This document shows positions 18,192 to 27,872 of a stretch of DNA of 64,000 nucleotides, one piece after another. The notes beneath the pieces were generated by a model. The model ran no database searches. It had not been told where the DNA came from and was given only the letters and a program-made list of their open reading frames with translations. This DNA comes from Candidatus Fervidifonticultor secundus (GTDB lineage: Bacteria; Sysuimicrobiota; Sysuimicrobiia; Sysuimicrobiales; Humicultoraceae). The stretch spans positions 64,001-128,000 of the forward strand of contig JAVKIP010000004.1 in assembly GCA_031459385.1 (NCBI GenBank). Reading direction: 5' to 3'. Every line of letters starts with the position of its first letter. The first letter of the stretch is position 1. Both the position numbers and the translations under genes were made by a program.

Positions 18192-19955
18192 ATGACCGTG
18201 CTGCCACGGCTGGCCGGGCTCGTGCTGCTGGCGATGGCCGCACCGGGCGTGTCCGTGGCCGCATCTTTCGACTGGCTGCCCCTGCAGGCCGTCCAGCCGG
18301 GCATGCGGGGCGTGGCGCGCACCGTGGTACGCGGCACCACCGTGGAAGCGTTCGACGTGGAAGCGCTGGCGGTGGTGCCGGGCGCGGGGCCGGCCGGCGC
18401 GTTGATCCTGGTCCGCGCCTCGGGCCCGGTGATCCAGCGCACCGGCGGTATCGCCGGCGGGATGAGCGGGAGCCCGGTGTACTTCCACGGCCGCCTGGCC
18501 GGCGCGATCGGATTCGGCTGGACGTTCGCCGACCATTCGCTGGGTCTGGTCACGCCCATCGAGGTGATGCAGAGCGCGCTGCCGGCCCCGCGCCGCAGCC
18601 AGCTGCCGCCGACGATGGCCGGCCCCTGGACCCTGCCCGCGCCGGTACACGCCGGCGGGCGGCGCGTGGCGCGCATCGCGGTGGCTGCGTCCGCCGCCCC
18701 GGTCCCTCCGGCGGCCGCAGCCGCCGATGTGGCCGTGATGGTCCCGCTGGCCCGGCCGTTGCTGGTCTCGGGGATGGGCACCCGGGCCGCGGCGCTGCTG
18801 CAGGAGGCGCTGGGCCCGATGGGCGTGCAGCCGGTCCAGGGGGCGGCTGGCGGCTCCACCACCGACCGGCCGGTGCTCGTGCCGGGGAGCGCTGTGGGCG
18901 TGCAGCTGATCCGCGGGGATCTCAACGCCGTGGCCATCGGGACCCTGACCTACCGCGATGGCGAGCGCATACTGGCCTTCGGTCACCCGGTCCTCAACCG
19001 GGGCGACAGCGCCTACCTGCTGACGTCCGCCGTCATCCATGGCGTGGTGCCCAGCGCCTCATTTCCCTTCAAGATCGGCTCGGCAGGCGCACCGGTCGGC
19101 GTGGTCGCCCAGGACCGGCGGGCCGGCGTGGGCGGCATCATCGGCCGCCTGCCCCCGATGGTCGGCGTGCGCCTCTCGGTCCTCGATGGGGACAGGGGCC
19201 GCCGCGCGACCCTCGGCACGCAGGTCGTGCAGGATCCCCAGCTGGGGCCGATGCTCGCGCTGGTCTCGGCACTGGACGTTATCGACCGCGCGCTCGACCG
19301 GGTGGGCGGGGGCACGGCGCGCGTGCGGCTGACCCTGCGCGGCCGCGGCCTCGACGCGCCCATCGTGCGCGAGAACGTCTTCTACCACTCCCGCGACATC
19401 GGCTCCGCGGCCATGCTGGAGCTGCCCGAGGCGCTGCGCCTGCTGTTCGCCAACGAGTTCGTCCGCACCGGGCCCGTAGACGTGGCCGTGGAGGCCGAGG
19501 TCCGGCAGGCCCGGCAGACTGCGGCCGTGGTCGAGGCGGAGCTGGGGCGGCCGAGGCTGCGCCGCGGCGACGTCGCCAGCGTGCGGGTCACGCTCCGTCC
19601 CTTCCAGGGCGACCCCGTGGTGCGCGACGTGGAGCTGGCGGTCCCCGAGCAGTTCCCGGTCGGACCCGCCACGGTGCTGATCCGCGCGGGCGGGCGGCCG
19701 GTACCCGAGGGCGGGCTGCCGGCGGCGTTGCTGAGCGAACCGGTCGAGACGGCCGCGACCTCGGCTGCAGAGCAGCTGGCGGCCTTTGCCGACCGCGATC
19801 GCAACACCGATGTGGTCGTGGAGCTCGTGCCCGGCCCGGCGCGGTTTCCCGACATCACCGGCGCGGCAGCGACCCGCACCGCGAAGGTACGCGTCGCGAC
19901 GCCGTGGGTCGTCCGGGGCCGCGTGCAGCTCCCGACCGCGGTGGAGGGTCCCTAG
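18192..19955 (+). CDS. SpoIVB/peptidase S55 domain protein, copy 2 (secreted); start approximate
   Basis: GMRGVARTVV, TGGIAGGMSGSPVYFHGRLAGAI, IGTLTY...AFGHP; colinear paralog of the upstream gene. Confidence 0.82.
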   Translation: MTVLPRLAGLVLLAMAAPGVSVAASFDWLPLQAVQPGMRGVARTVVRGTTVEAFDVEALAVVPGAGPAGALILVRASGPVIQRTGGIAGGMSGSPVYFHGRLAGAIGFGWTFADHSLGLVTPIEVMQSALPAPRRSQLPPTMAGPWTLPAPVHAGGRRVARIAVAASAAPVPPAAAAADVAVMVPLARPLLVSGMGTRAAALLQEALGPMGVQPVQGAAGGSTTDRPVLVPGSAVGVQLIRGDLNAVAIGTLTYRDGERILAFGHPVLNRGDSAYLLTSAVIHGVVPSASFPFKIGSAGAPVGVVAQDRRAGVGGIIGRLPPMVGVRLSVLDGDRGRRATLGTQVVQDPQLGPMLALVSALDVIDRALDRVGGGTARVRLTLRGRGLDAPIVRENVFYHSRDIGSAAMLELPEALRLLFANEFVRTGPVDVAVEAEVRQARQTAAVVEAELGRPRLRRGDVASVRVTLRPFQGDPVVRDVELAVPEQFPVGPATVLIRAGGRPVPEGGLPAALLSEPVETAATSAAEQLAAFADRDRNTDVVVELVPGPARFPDITGAAATRTAKVRVATPWVVRGRVQLPTAVEGP

Positions 19956-19997
19956 ACCGCACAGGACGAGATCGCAGGCAGGAGCCCACCGGCCCGG

Positions 19998-22900
19998 ATG
20001 CGACGACCTTCTTTCGCTGCAGCGCTCATCCTGCTCCTCACCGGAGCCGGCCTGGTCGCCTGGGCGGCGTCTGCGCTTCCGCAGCGCGCGCGCGAGGCTG
20101 CAGTCGCCGCGCTCTCCGCTGTGCTGGGCCAGCCCGTGCGCATCGGCCGGGTCTCTGGCGATCCGTGGCGCGGCATCGTCCTGGACGACGTGGCGCTGGA
20201 CGGTCCTGCGTTCACCGGGGGCGCGCCGCTGCTCACCGCCCGGCGCGTTGTGGTGCATCTGGACGTCGGGATCCTCATCGCCGAGCTCTGGCGCCGGCGC
20301 CATCCAGCCGCGAGCATCGTGCAGGTCCTTCTGGAGGAACCGGTCCTGGCGCTCGCGCGCGACGCTGTCGGCCGCTGGAACCTGGATCGGCTGGGCCGCC
20401 TGCCCGCCGGGCCTGGCGGCGCGCCGGCCTTTGCAGGGCGCGTCATCGTGCTCCACGGGACCGTGCGCCTGGCTGACGCCCATCCCCTGCGGCCGCGCGT
20501 CTTCACGGCGCGCTTCGAGGACGTCAACGGTACCGTGGAGTTCTCGGCGTCGCCCCGGGTGCGGCTGCGCGCGTCGTTCGTCGAGGTGCGCGACGGCCGA
20601 CGGGTGCCGGGACGGCTCGCGGGCGTCCACCTCGCCACTACCGGGCACCTGGATCTCGACCTCGACGTGACCGACGGGGACCTGGCGGCCTGGGGGGGCT
20701 ACGTGCTCGCCACGCCCGGGTTCCGGCTGGCCGCCGGGCGGTTCGACGCGACCCTGCACATCGTGCGGTCGCCGCAGGCCCGGGGGACGGCGACGGACCT
20801 CTGGGGGCGCGTCAGGGTTCGCGGCGGCGCGGCGCACATTCCCGCCCGCGGAGCCGTCCTGCAGCGCGTCTTCGGCCTGCTGACCGTCCAGAACCGGCGC
20901 GTCGCCTTGGCCGATCTGCGCGGGACGCTGAACGGCGTGCCGCTGCGAGCGCGCGGCGAGATCAGCTTCGCGGGCGAGCCGTACCTCGATCTGGCCGTCC
21001 ACTCATCCCGCGCCGACCTGGAGGTATTGCGGCGGGTGTTCTTCCCCCGTGGGGGCCTGCCGCTCCGCGGGGTCGCCTCCGGCAGCGTCCGCATCATTGG
21101 CGCGGTGAGCGCACCCCGCCTGGCGGGCAGGGTGGACGCGGCCGCCGGCGAGGTCGCCCGGCGCCAGTTCGCGCGGGCCTCCGGGTCGTTCGAAACCTAC
21201 GGGTCGGTCGTGACCGTGCGAGACGCTGCGGCCGACGCCGCCGGCGGTTCAGTGCAGGGCGAGGCGTGGTGGCGACTGGGTGCGTCCCAGTTTCAGATGG
21301 TGCTGCGCGTCGCCGATGCCGACGCCACCGCGCTGGGCCGCTGGATGCCAGGAGAAGCGCCTGGCATGCGCGGGCGCATCACCGGTCACGTGGTGGCCCT
21401 CGGGCGCCCGGGGGGCCTGGAGGTTGCAGCACGCGCGCGCGTGGTCGCGCCGGAGGTGGGCGCCACGCGCCTGGATGCGCTCGGCGGCGTGTTCCGATAC
21501 GCGGGCGGCGTCGTCTACCTCGAGCACGCCACAGCCGAGGTCGGGCGCGCGTGGGCGTCCGGGCACGGGACGATCGGCCCTGACGGCACGCTGGCGCTGC
21601 GGGCCGTGGCTGGCGGGCTGGATCTCGCCGCGCTGCCCTCGGTGCGCTTGCCCGCGGACATCGCCGGGACGGCCGACTTCTCGGGCCGTGTGCAGGGGAC
21701 GCTGGCGGCTCCGGAGATCGCCGGCGATGCACAGGTCCGTCGCGGGCGGGTGCTGGGGCTCGCGCTGGACCACGCGGCAGGACGCGTGCACCTGCGCACG
21801 GGTCAGGTGCGCCTGGCGCAGGTGGCCGCCCGCGCGGGCCGGGCGCGGTACCTGGCCGACGGCACCGTGAGCTGGGCGCCGTCTGCCCGTGTGGACCTGA
21901 CGCTGGAGGCCGAGCGGGCGCCGGCCGAGACGCTGGCCCGACTCGGGGGGCTGCCGCTCGAGATCCGCGGCAGCGTGGACGGGCGGATGCGCCTCACCGG
22001 TCCGGCCGCGCGTCCGGCGGCGGAGGGCCGCGTGACGTTGCGCGACGCCGTGGTGCAGGACCAGCCTGTCGACCGGGCGGAGGCGGCGTTCCGGTGGAAC
22101 GGCACGCGCCTCGTGCTCAACGGGGCCTGGCTGGGCCGTCGCTCGTCCCGCCTGGAGCTGGCCGGCGCCATCGACCGGCACGCGGGATTCAACCTGACCC
22201 TGTCCGCCCGCGACCTGCAGCTGCGCGACCTGGCCCTCCCGCCCGTGGCCGGCGCACGGGTCGACGGCAGCGTCAGCCTCACCGGCCAGCTGCGCGGCCC
22301 CACTCATGCCCCCGACGTCACCCTCGCCGTACGGTCGAGCGATCTCGTCGTGAACGGCATACGCTTCGACGACGCCGCGGGAGAAGTCGGGTGGGGCGCG
22401 CGCACCCTCCGCCTGGCCCCGCTACGTCTGCGTCGTGGGGCCGAGACCTACCAGATGGACGGCACCGTCGGGTTCGGCCCCTCGCCGGTGATCGCCCTGA
22501 CCACGCAGGTCTCGCCCGGCAGGCTGTCCACGCTGCTCGGGCTCGGCAACGTGCGGATCAGGGCGCCGGTAGACGCCACCATCACGGGCGTGGCGGAGGT
22601 GCAGGGACCGCTGGGGAACCCCGGCGCGCGTCTCAACGTCACCGTCGACGGTGGTCACATCGGCGAGCACCGGCTGGTGGACGGCACCGTGGACCTGAAG
22701 CTCCGCGACGGCATCGTGAGCATCGACCGATTCCAGCTGCATCCGGCCCAGGGAACGGTGGCGATGCGGGGACGGCTGCACCTGCGGGGCGACAGCCAGC
22801 TGGAAGTGGCCGGCGCGGACCTGCCCCTCGACCTGCTGCGGCCGGTGCTGGGCCTGCGCCGCCCGCTGCGCGGTCGGTGGGAGTTCACGCTGCAGCTCGA

Positions 22901-24371
22901 CGGGCCGCTGGCCGCGCCGGAGATCGGGTTCTCACAGGAGATCACGGCCGGCGGCCTGGAGGGCGCGACGTTCGACCGGCTCGTTGCCAACGCGTTCTAC
23001 CGCGATGGGCTGCTCCAGGTGCCGCAGGCGTTCCTCGTGCAGGACGGCCACCGGTTGCGCGCGCAGGGCGCGATTCCCTTCAACCCGGCGCTGCTGCGCT
23101 TCGACGACCAGCGGCCCATGGAGTTCCGGTTCTGGCTCGTGGACGCCCATCTGGGCCTGCTCCGCCTGGTCTCCGACCGGGTGGAGGAGGCGGCGGGCGC
23201 CGTGGAAGGTGAGGTGCGCGTCGGCGGCACGGTCGCCGCGCCCGAGGTCAGCGGCGGGCTGCGCGTGCGCGACGGCCGCGTCCGGATCAGCGGCCTGCAG
23301 ACGCCGATCGAGGCCATACGCCTCGACGCGCGCTTCGATGGCTCGGCGATCCAGCTGGCCGAGGCATCGGCGCGCCTGGGCACCGGCACCGCCCAGGTGG
23401 AGGGGGCCCTGCGCCTGGCGTCGGTGTCAGGCGGCGGGCTCGCCCTCGGCGCCGGCGAAGACGCGCCGCTGCACGTGCAGGGCCGCAACCTGCGCATCAC
23501 GATCCCGCCGGTCATGGATGCGCTGGCGACCGGACAGCTGCGCGTCTGGGGCGCCGTGGGCGATCCACGCCGTCCGCCGACGGTGACCGGGCAGGTGACG
23601 CTCTCCGACGGCACGGTCGCCGTCGCCGCCGGCCCGCCAGGCGCGTCGGTGCGAGCGCCGCTGGTGTTCCGGACCGTGCGGCTGGAGGTTGGCCGCGACC
23701 TGGCCGTGCAGGCGGGCGGGCTCCGCTTCGACCTGCAGCCCGGGGGCGCCGTGGTGCTCGGTGGCACCCTGCGCGCACCCACGCTGGACGGCGCGATCGG
23801 CGCCCGCGACGGCAAGCTCGTCGCCCTGGGCACGACGTTCGACCTCGTCGAGGCCACGGCGGTCTTCCAGCCGCACCTGGGCATCGTGCCGCACGTCACG
23901 GCCACGGCCGAGACACAGATCGGCGCGACACACGTGACCCTGGCCGTGCGCGGCGTCCCGCCTGATGCGCTCACGCTGGACCTGCGCTCCGATCCCGAGA
24001 TGCCCCGGCAGGAGATCGTCGCGCTCCTGGGGCGGCAGGCCGGCATGGCACGGCTGCTGGAGGGCGACCTCGAAGGCGCCCTGCGGGCGGCGATCAGCCG
24101 GCGGCTGTTCGGCGGCGCGACGGGCACCGTCGGACGCCGCCTGGGGTTGAGCGAGCTGTCGCTGGAGTACGACTTCCAGGGACCGTTGGCCCTCCGGGCC
24201 GGCAAGCTCCTGGCGGGGAGGCTCTATCTGACGCTGGAGGCGACGTTCGCGGAGCAGACCCGGTATCTGTGGGGCCTCGAGTACCGCTTCGCGCCCGGGT
24301 GGCGGATCACCACCCGGGTGGGCTCTGACGGCAGCCGCGAGACGTTGTTGTGGTACACCGTGCGGTTCTGA
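19998..24371 (+). CDS. tamB: TamB/AsmA-like translocation-assembly protein
   Basis: 1457 aa with N-terminal TM anchor, AsmA-like RWNL motif, repeated GTLAAP/GPLGNP beta repeats, C-terminal LDLRSDPEMPRQEIVALL and terminal Phe; upstream of bamA. Confidence 0.82.
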   Translation: MRRPSFAAALILLLTGAGLVAWAASALPQRAREAAVAALSAVLGQPVRIGRVSGDPWRGIVLDDVALDGPAFTGGAPLLTARRVVVHLDVGILIAELWRRRHPAASIVQVLLEEPVLALARDAVGRWNLDRLGRLPAGPGGAPAFAGRVIVLHGTVRLADAHPLRPRVFTARFEDVNGTVEFSASPRVRLRASFVEVRDGRRVPGRLAGVHLATTGHLDLDLDVTDGDLAAWGGYVLATPGFRLAAGRFDATLHIVRSPQARGTATDLWGRVRVRGGAAHIPARGAVLQRVFGLLTVQNRRVALADLRGTLNGVPLRARGEISFAGEPYLDLAVHSSRADLEVLRRVFFPRGGLPLRGVASGSVRIIGAVSAPRLAGRVDAAAGEVARRQFARASGSFETYGSVVTVRDAAADAAGGSVQGEAWWRLGASQFQMVLRVADADATALGRWMPGEAPGMRGRITGHVVALGRPGGLEVAARARVVAPEVGATRLDALGGVFRYAGGVVYLEHATAEVGRAWASGHGTIGPDGTLALRAVAGGLDLAALPSVRLPADIAGTADFSGRVQGTLAAPEIAGDAQVRRGRVLGLALDHAAGRVHLRTGQVRLAQVAARAGRARYLADGTVSWAPSARVDLTLEAERAPAETLARLGGLPLEIRGSVDGRMRLTGPAARPAAEGRVTLRDAVVQDQPVDRAEAAFRWNGTRLVLNGAWLGRRSSRLELAGAIDRHAGFNLTLSARDLQLRDLALPPVAGARVDGSVSLTGQLRGPTHAPDVTLAVRSSDLVVNGIRFDDAAGEVGWGARTLRLAPLRLRRGAETYQMDGTVGFGPSPVIALTTQVSPGRLSTLLGLGNVRIRAPVDATITGVAEVQGPLGNPGARLNVTVDGGHIGEHRLVDGTVDLKLRDGIVSIDRFQLHPAQGTVAMRGRLHLRGDSQLEVAGADLPLDLLRPVLGLRRPLRGRWEFTLQLDGPLAAPEIGFSQEITAGGLEGATFDRLVANAFYRDGLLQVPQAFLVQDGHRLRAQGAIPFNPALLRFDDQRPMEFRFWLVDAHLGLLRLVSDRVEEAAGAVEGEVRVGGTVAAPEVSGGLRVRDGRVRISGLQTPIEAIRLDARFDGSAIQLAEASARLGTGTAQVEGALRLASVSGGGLALGAGEDAPLHVQGRNLRITIPPVMDALATGQLRVWGAVGDPRRPPTVTGQVTLSDGTVAVAAGPPGASVRAPLVFRTVRLEVGRDLAVQAGGLRFDLQPGGAVVLGGTLRAPTLDGAIGARDGKLVALGTTFDLVEATAVFQPHLGIVPHVTATAETQIGATHVTLAVRGVPPDALTLDLRSDPEMPRQEIVALLGRQAGMARLLEGDLEGALRAAISRRLFGGATGTVGRRLGLSELSLEYDFQGPLALRAGKLLAGRLYLTLEATFAEQTRYLWGLEYRFAPGWRITTRVGSDGSRETLLWYTVRF

Positions 24372-24446
24372 ACGCCTGACCAGGAGTTCACGCCGCCGAC
24401 GCGAAGCCTCCCTCGGCCGGCGGAGGGATGGCCGGAGGGTGTGCGT

Positions 24447-25091
24447 ATGCTGGCCGACTATCTGCGCGAGCTGCAGCACGTGGTCCTGCTGGCCCCCGCC
24501 GAGGAGGCCGACCTCTGGCGGGCCTACCGTCGCCGGGGCGAGGCTGCCGCGCGGCAGCGGCTCATCGAGGCCTATCAGCCCCTGGTCTTCAAGGTCGTCA
24601 TGCAGCTCCGGCCGCCGGAGCCGCTGGTGATGGACCTGATCCAGGAAGGGCTCGTGGGCCTCATCGAGGCTGTGGAGCGCTTCGACCCGGAGCGCAGCGT
24701 GCGGTTCTCGACCTTCGCCACGTATCGCATCCGGGGGCGCGCGCTCAACGCGCTGGACCGCGTGCGGCCCGAGGTGTCGCTGGACCAGGTCCTGGGGGAC
24801 GAGGGCGCCCCGCTGGCGCGGCTGGTGGATCCGGCAGCGGCGTCGGCGCTGGCCGACGTCGAGGACCGCGCGCTCGTGGACGCGGCGGCGCGGGTGGTTG
24901 CCCAGCTCCCGCCGCGCGAGCGGCTCGTGCTGGCCGCCGTCGTCGGCCTGGGAGAACCGCGGCAGATCGCGAGGGACCTGCGCATCAGCCTCTCCCACTT
25001 CTACCGGCTGCAGAAGCAGGCGATCGCGCGCCTGCGGGTCCTGCTGGGCCTGGTCGGGGTGCACCAGCCACAGCGCGTCTCGGGATATTAA
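24447..25091 (+). CDS. Sigma-70 family alternative sigma factor (regions 1.2, 2, 4)
   Basis: YLRELQHVVLL..EEADLW, DLIQEGLVGLIEAVERFDPERSVRFSTFATYRIRG, QIARDLRIS HTH; SD GGAGGG 7 nt before ATG. Confidence 0.85.
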   Translation: MLADYLRELQHVVLLAPAEEADLWRAYRRRGEAAARQRLIEAYQPLVFKVVMQLRPPEPLVMDLIQEGLVGLIEAVERFDPERSVRFSTFATYRIRGRALNALDRVRPEVSLDQVLGDEGAPLARLVDPAAASALADVEDRALVDAAARVVAQLPPRERLVLAAVVGLGEPRQIARDLRISLSHFYRLQKQAIARLRVLLGLVGVHQPQRVSGY

Positions 25092-25125
25092 GGGGTGTAG
25101 AGGGGTGCGTGCCGGGGGGATCCGC

Positions 25126-25791
25126 ATGGACGAGCGACGCACGCTGCAGATCGATCGCATCGCGTACGCTGCCGACTGGCTGGTGCGTGCCCGCCAGCGG
25201 GTCGAGGACGGCGATCCCGCGCGGGGCCTCCTGGCGCTGCTGCTGGCGCAGGCCGAGGTGCGGCGAGCGACGGACGCAGGGCTGGCTGGTCTCTTGCCGC
25301 CCCGACGGGTCGAGCGCGATGCTCTCCTGCTGGTCGCGAGCGTCGCTGCGGTGCTGGCTGCGTCGGCGATCGTGCTCGCCACCGGGCTCGCCCAGATCGC
25401 CAGCCTCCCTCCGGAGGTCCCGCTGCCAATAGTGAGGCTGCCGCAGCCGGCGGAGACGATGCTGCAGATCGTCCAGACCGCGCCGCCGGCGCCCGAGCGC
25501 ACCGTCCGGGGAATCGCTCTCCGGCCGGCGCCCGTCCCGGCACCGGCTGCTCCTGCCGCGCCGCCGGCAGCCGACATGCGGCTGCCGGCGGCGCCGAGCG
25601 TGTCGATCGCCCCGGTGGCGGTGCCCGCGGCACCGGTAGCATCGTCCGCGCCCGCAGCGGCTGCTCCCGCGGGGGCCGCGCCCGGACCGACGATAGCCGC
25701 GCCCGCGCCTCCGTCCGTGCTGAGCGAGGCTGACCTGATCGATCTGGTGCTGGCCGCGGAGCGCTCGCTGCGCCGAACAGTCAACCAGTAA
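25126..25791 (+). CDS. Single-pass membrane protein with Pro/Ala-rich linker; candidate anti-sigma factor
   Basis: Helical N-terminal domain, hydrophobic segment ALLLVASVAAVLAASAIVLA, PA-rich tract, C-terminal amphipathic helix; SD GGGGGA. Confidence 0.65.
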   Translation: MDERRTLQIDRIAYAADWLVRARQRVEDGDPARGLLALLLAQAEVRRATDAGLAGLLPPRRVERDALLLVASVAAVLAASAIVLATGLAQIASLPPEVPLPIVRLPQPAETMLQIVQTAPPAPERTVRGIALRPAPVPAPAAPAAPPAADMRLPAAPSVSIAPVAVPAAPVASSAPAAAAPAGAAPGPTIAAPAPPSVLSEADLIDLVLAAERSLRRTVNQ

Positions 25792-25822
25792 CCGGTCCGC
25801 GCGCGGCCCGGAGCACGCCTGC

Positions 25823-25851
25823 TTGCGAGCGAGGAGTTCGGGTGCTACTCT
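25823..25851 (+). promoter_or_regulatory. Sigma70-like promoter for bamA
   Basis: TTGCGA-N17-TACTCT with extended TG. Confidence 0.55.
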
Positions 25852-25916
25852 GGGCGGGTGCGCGCGCGCCGCGGCGCACCGCGGCAGCCCCTGTCATGCG
25901 CGTAGGATCGTTCGCG

Positions 25917-27872
25917 ATGCACCCGTCGTCGAGGAGGTCTGGCTTGCCCGGCCGCCGTCCGTTCCGCCGTCCCGCCACCCTGCCCACCGCCAGCCTGATC
26001 CTGGGGCTCCTGGCATTCGCGTGGCTGGTCGGGCCCATCGCGGCGCAGCAGCCCGCACCGACCCCGGCGCCATCTCCTGTCCAGACGCCTGCGCCACCTG
26101 CGCCGTCACCGGCACCGTCGCCCGCGCCCAGCCCCGCGCCGTCTCCTGCGCCAACGCCGGCGCCGGTACCATCGCCCACACCGGCGCCCAGCCCGACACC
26201 GCAGCCCAGGATCGTCGAAGTCGTCGTACGGGGCATCGAGCGCGTACCCCAGTCCGTCGTCATGGACTCGGTGGGGGTGCGCGCAGGCGAACTGCTCTCC
26301 GACGAGCGCCTGCGCGCCGACGTCGCGGCCATCATCGCCACCGGGTGGTTCGCCGATGCGAACGTACGGGTGGAACCGGCGGCAGACGGCGTGCGCGTGG
26401 CCTTCATCGTCGTCGAGAATCCCGTCATCGAGGCCATCGCCGTGGAAGGCAACACCGTGGTCCCCACGCCAGAGGTGGAACGGGCGCTGGACGTTCCCAC
26501 GGGTCAGGTGTTGAACATCGTCCGGCTGCGTGACGGCGCGCGTCGCATCGAGCGGCTGTACGAGGAGCGCGGCTATGTCCTGGCCCGCGTGGCCGACATC
26601 GACGTCGCCGGCAACGGCACCGCCCGCCTGCGCCTGCGCATCGCGGAAGGCAAGGTCGAGGCCATCGAGTACAAGGGCCTGACCAAGACCAGGCGCTTCG
26701 TCGTGGAGCGGGGGGCGCTGGTCCGGCCCGGGGTGGTCTTCAACGTCAACGACCTCAACAAGGATCTCCAGCGGCTGTTCAACCTGGATCTGTTCGAGAG
26801 CGTGCAGGCGCGGCCGCGACCGGGCAGCGCCCCCGAGACGGTGATCGTCGAGATCGAGGTGAAGGAGCAGCGCACGCAGCAGGCCCGCTTCGGGCTCGGC
26901 TACAGCGACCGCACCGGCATCGTGGGGTTGGTCGAGTATTCGGAGAAGAACTGGCAGGGGCGCAACCAGTCGCTCACGCTGCGGGTGGAGCGCGGGCTCG
27001 GTGAGCGCAACGTCCCGCTGACCAGTCCGGCCGGCACCAACTTCGCCCTCATCTTCCGGGAGCCGCACCTGGATGCGCGACCCACGGCCATGGAAGTCGC
27101 CCTCTACCAGAACTCCAGTATCGAGCTCGAGTACAGCGGCACCGACGTCTTCTCCCGCTTCCAGCTCGACCGCCTGGGCAGCAGCATCACGTTCACCCGG
27201 CCGCTGGACCCCCAGGTGCTGGTGACGCTGCGCCTGCGGTCGGAGAAGGTGGACATCACGGCGCTGCCCAAGCTCACGACGGATACCTGTCCGCCCGATC
27301 CGTGCACCCCACCGAGCCTCCTCACGCCGGGACGGACCATCGCCCTGGCGCTCGCGGGCGCCCGCGACCGTCGCGACAACCGGCTGAATCCCACCCGGGG
27401 CGACCGCGTCGGGCTCACGCTGGAGGTGGGGCTGCCGGTGCTGGGCGGGGACTTCGGCTACGGGAAGTACATCGCCGAGTACACGCGCTACGTCGCCCTC
27501 GGCCCCGGCGTGCTCGTGGGACGCGTGCTGGGCGGCTGGAGCCACGGAACCCTGCCGCTGCAGGAGCAGTTCCTGCTCGGCGGGCCGTCCACCCTGCGGG
27601 CGTTCAGCTACGGGCAGTTCCGGGGCAACAGCGAGGCGCTGGTGAACCTCGAGTACCGGCTACCGCTGGGCGTCGTGCTCCGGCAGCTGCGGGACATCAC
27701 GGGCGCGCTCTACGTCGACGCCGGCGCCGCGCCGGTCGTCGCGGGCGCGGGCGGGGTGGGCTATGGCGTCGCGGTGATGGTCTCCACCCCGGTTGGGCCG
27801 GTTCGCATCGACTACGCGGTCAACGCGCAGGGAGGACGGCAGACCTGGCTCACCATCGGTCCGCCCTTCTGA
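25917..27872 (+). CDS. bamA: Omp85/BamA outer membrane assembly factor (about 3 POTRA domains plus barrel)
   Basis: POTRA signatures (IVEVVVRG..TGWF..VVENPVI; IEYKGL..LDLFESV..VKE), EKNWQGRNQ, LGGPSTLRAF, STPVGPVRIDYA, terminal Phe. Confidence 0.9.
   Translation: MHPSSRRSGLPGRRPFRRPATLPTASLILGLLAFAWLVGPIAAQQPAPTPAPSPVQTPAPPAPSPAPSPAPSPAPSPAPTPAPVPSPTPAPSPTPQPRIVEVVVRGIERVPQSVVMDSVGVRAGELLSDERLRADVAAIIATGWFADANVRVEPAADGVRVAFIVVENPVIEAIAVEGNTVVPTPEVERALDVPTGQVLNIVRLRDGARRIERLYEERGYVLARVADIDVAGNGTARLRLRIAEGKVEAIEYKGLTKTRRFVVERGALVRPGVVFNVNDLNKDLQRLFNLDLFESVQARPRPGSAPETVIVEIEVKEQRTQQARFGLGYSDRTGIVGLVEYSEKNWQGRNQSLTLRVERGLGERNVPLTSPAGTNFALIFREPHLDARPTAMEVALYQNSSIELEYSGTDVFSRFQLDRLGSSITFTRPLDPQVLVTLRLRSEKVDITALPKLTTDTCPPDPCTPPSLLTPGRTIALALAGARDRRDNRLNPTRGDRVGLTLEVGLPVLGGDFGYGKYIAEYTRYVALGPGVLVGRVLGGWSHGTLPLQEQFLLGGPSTLRAFSYGQFRGNSEALVNLEYRLPLGVVLRQLRDITGALYVDAGAAPVVAGAGGVGYGVAVMVSTPVGPVRIDYAVNAQGGRQTWLTIGPPF
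26052..26207 (+). repeat. Pro-Ala-Pro-Ser/Thr-Pro coding repeat at the BamA N-terminus
   Basis: PAPTPAPSPVQTPAPPAPSPAPSPAPSPAPSPAPTPAPVPSPTPAPSPTP, encoded with varied codons. Confidence 0.8.

Noticed and set aside
16356..25091. Sporulation locus (spoIVB, sigK-like)
   Set aside because: No other sporulation genes; the context is OM biogenesis, and the proteases differ in architecture from SpoIVB.
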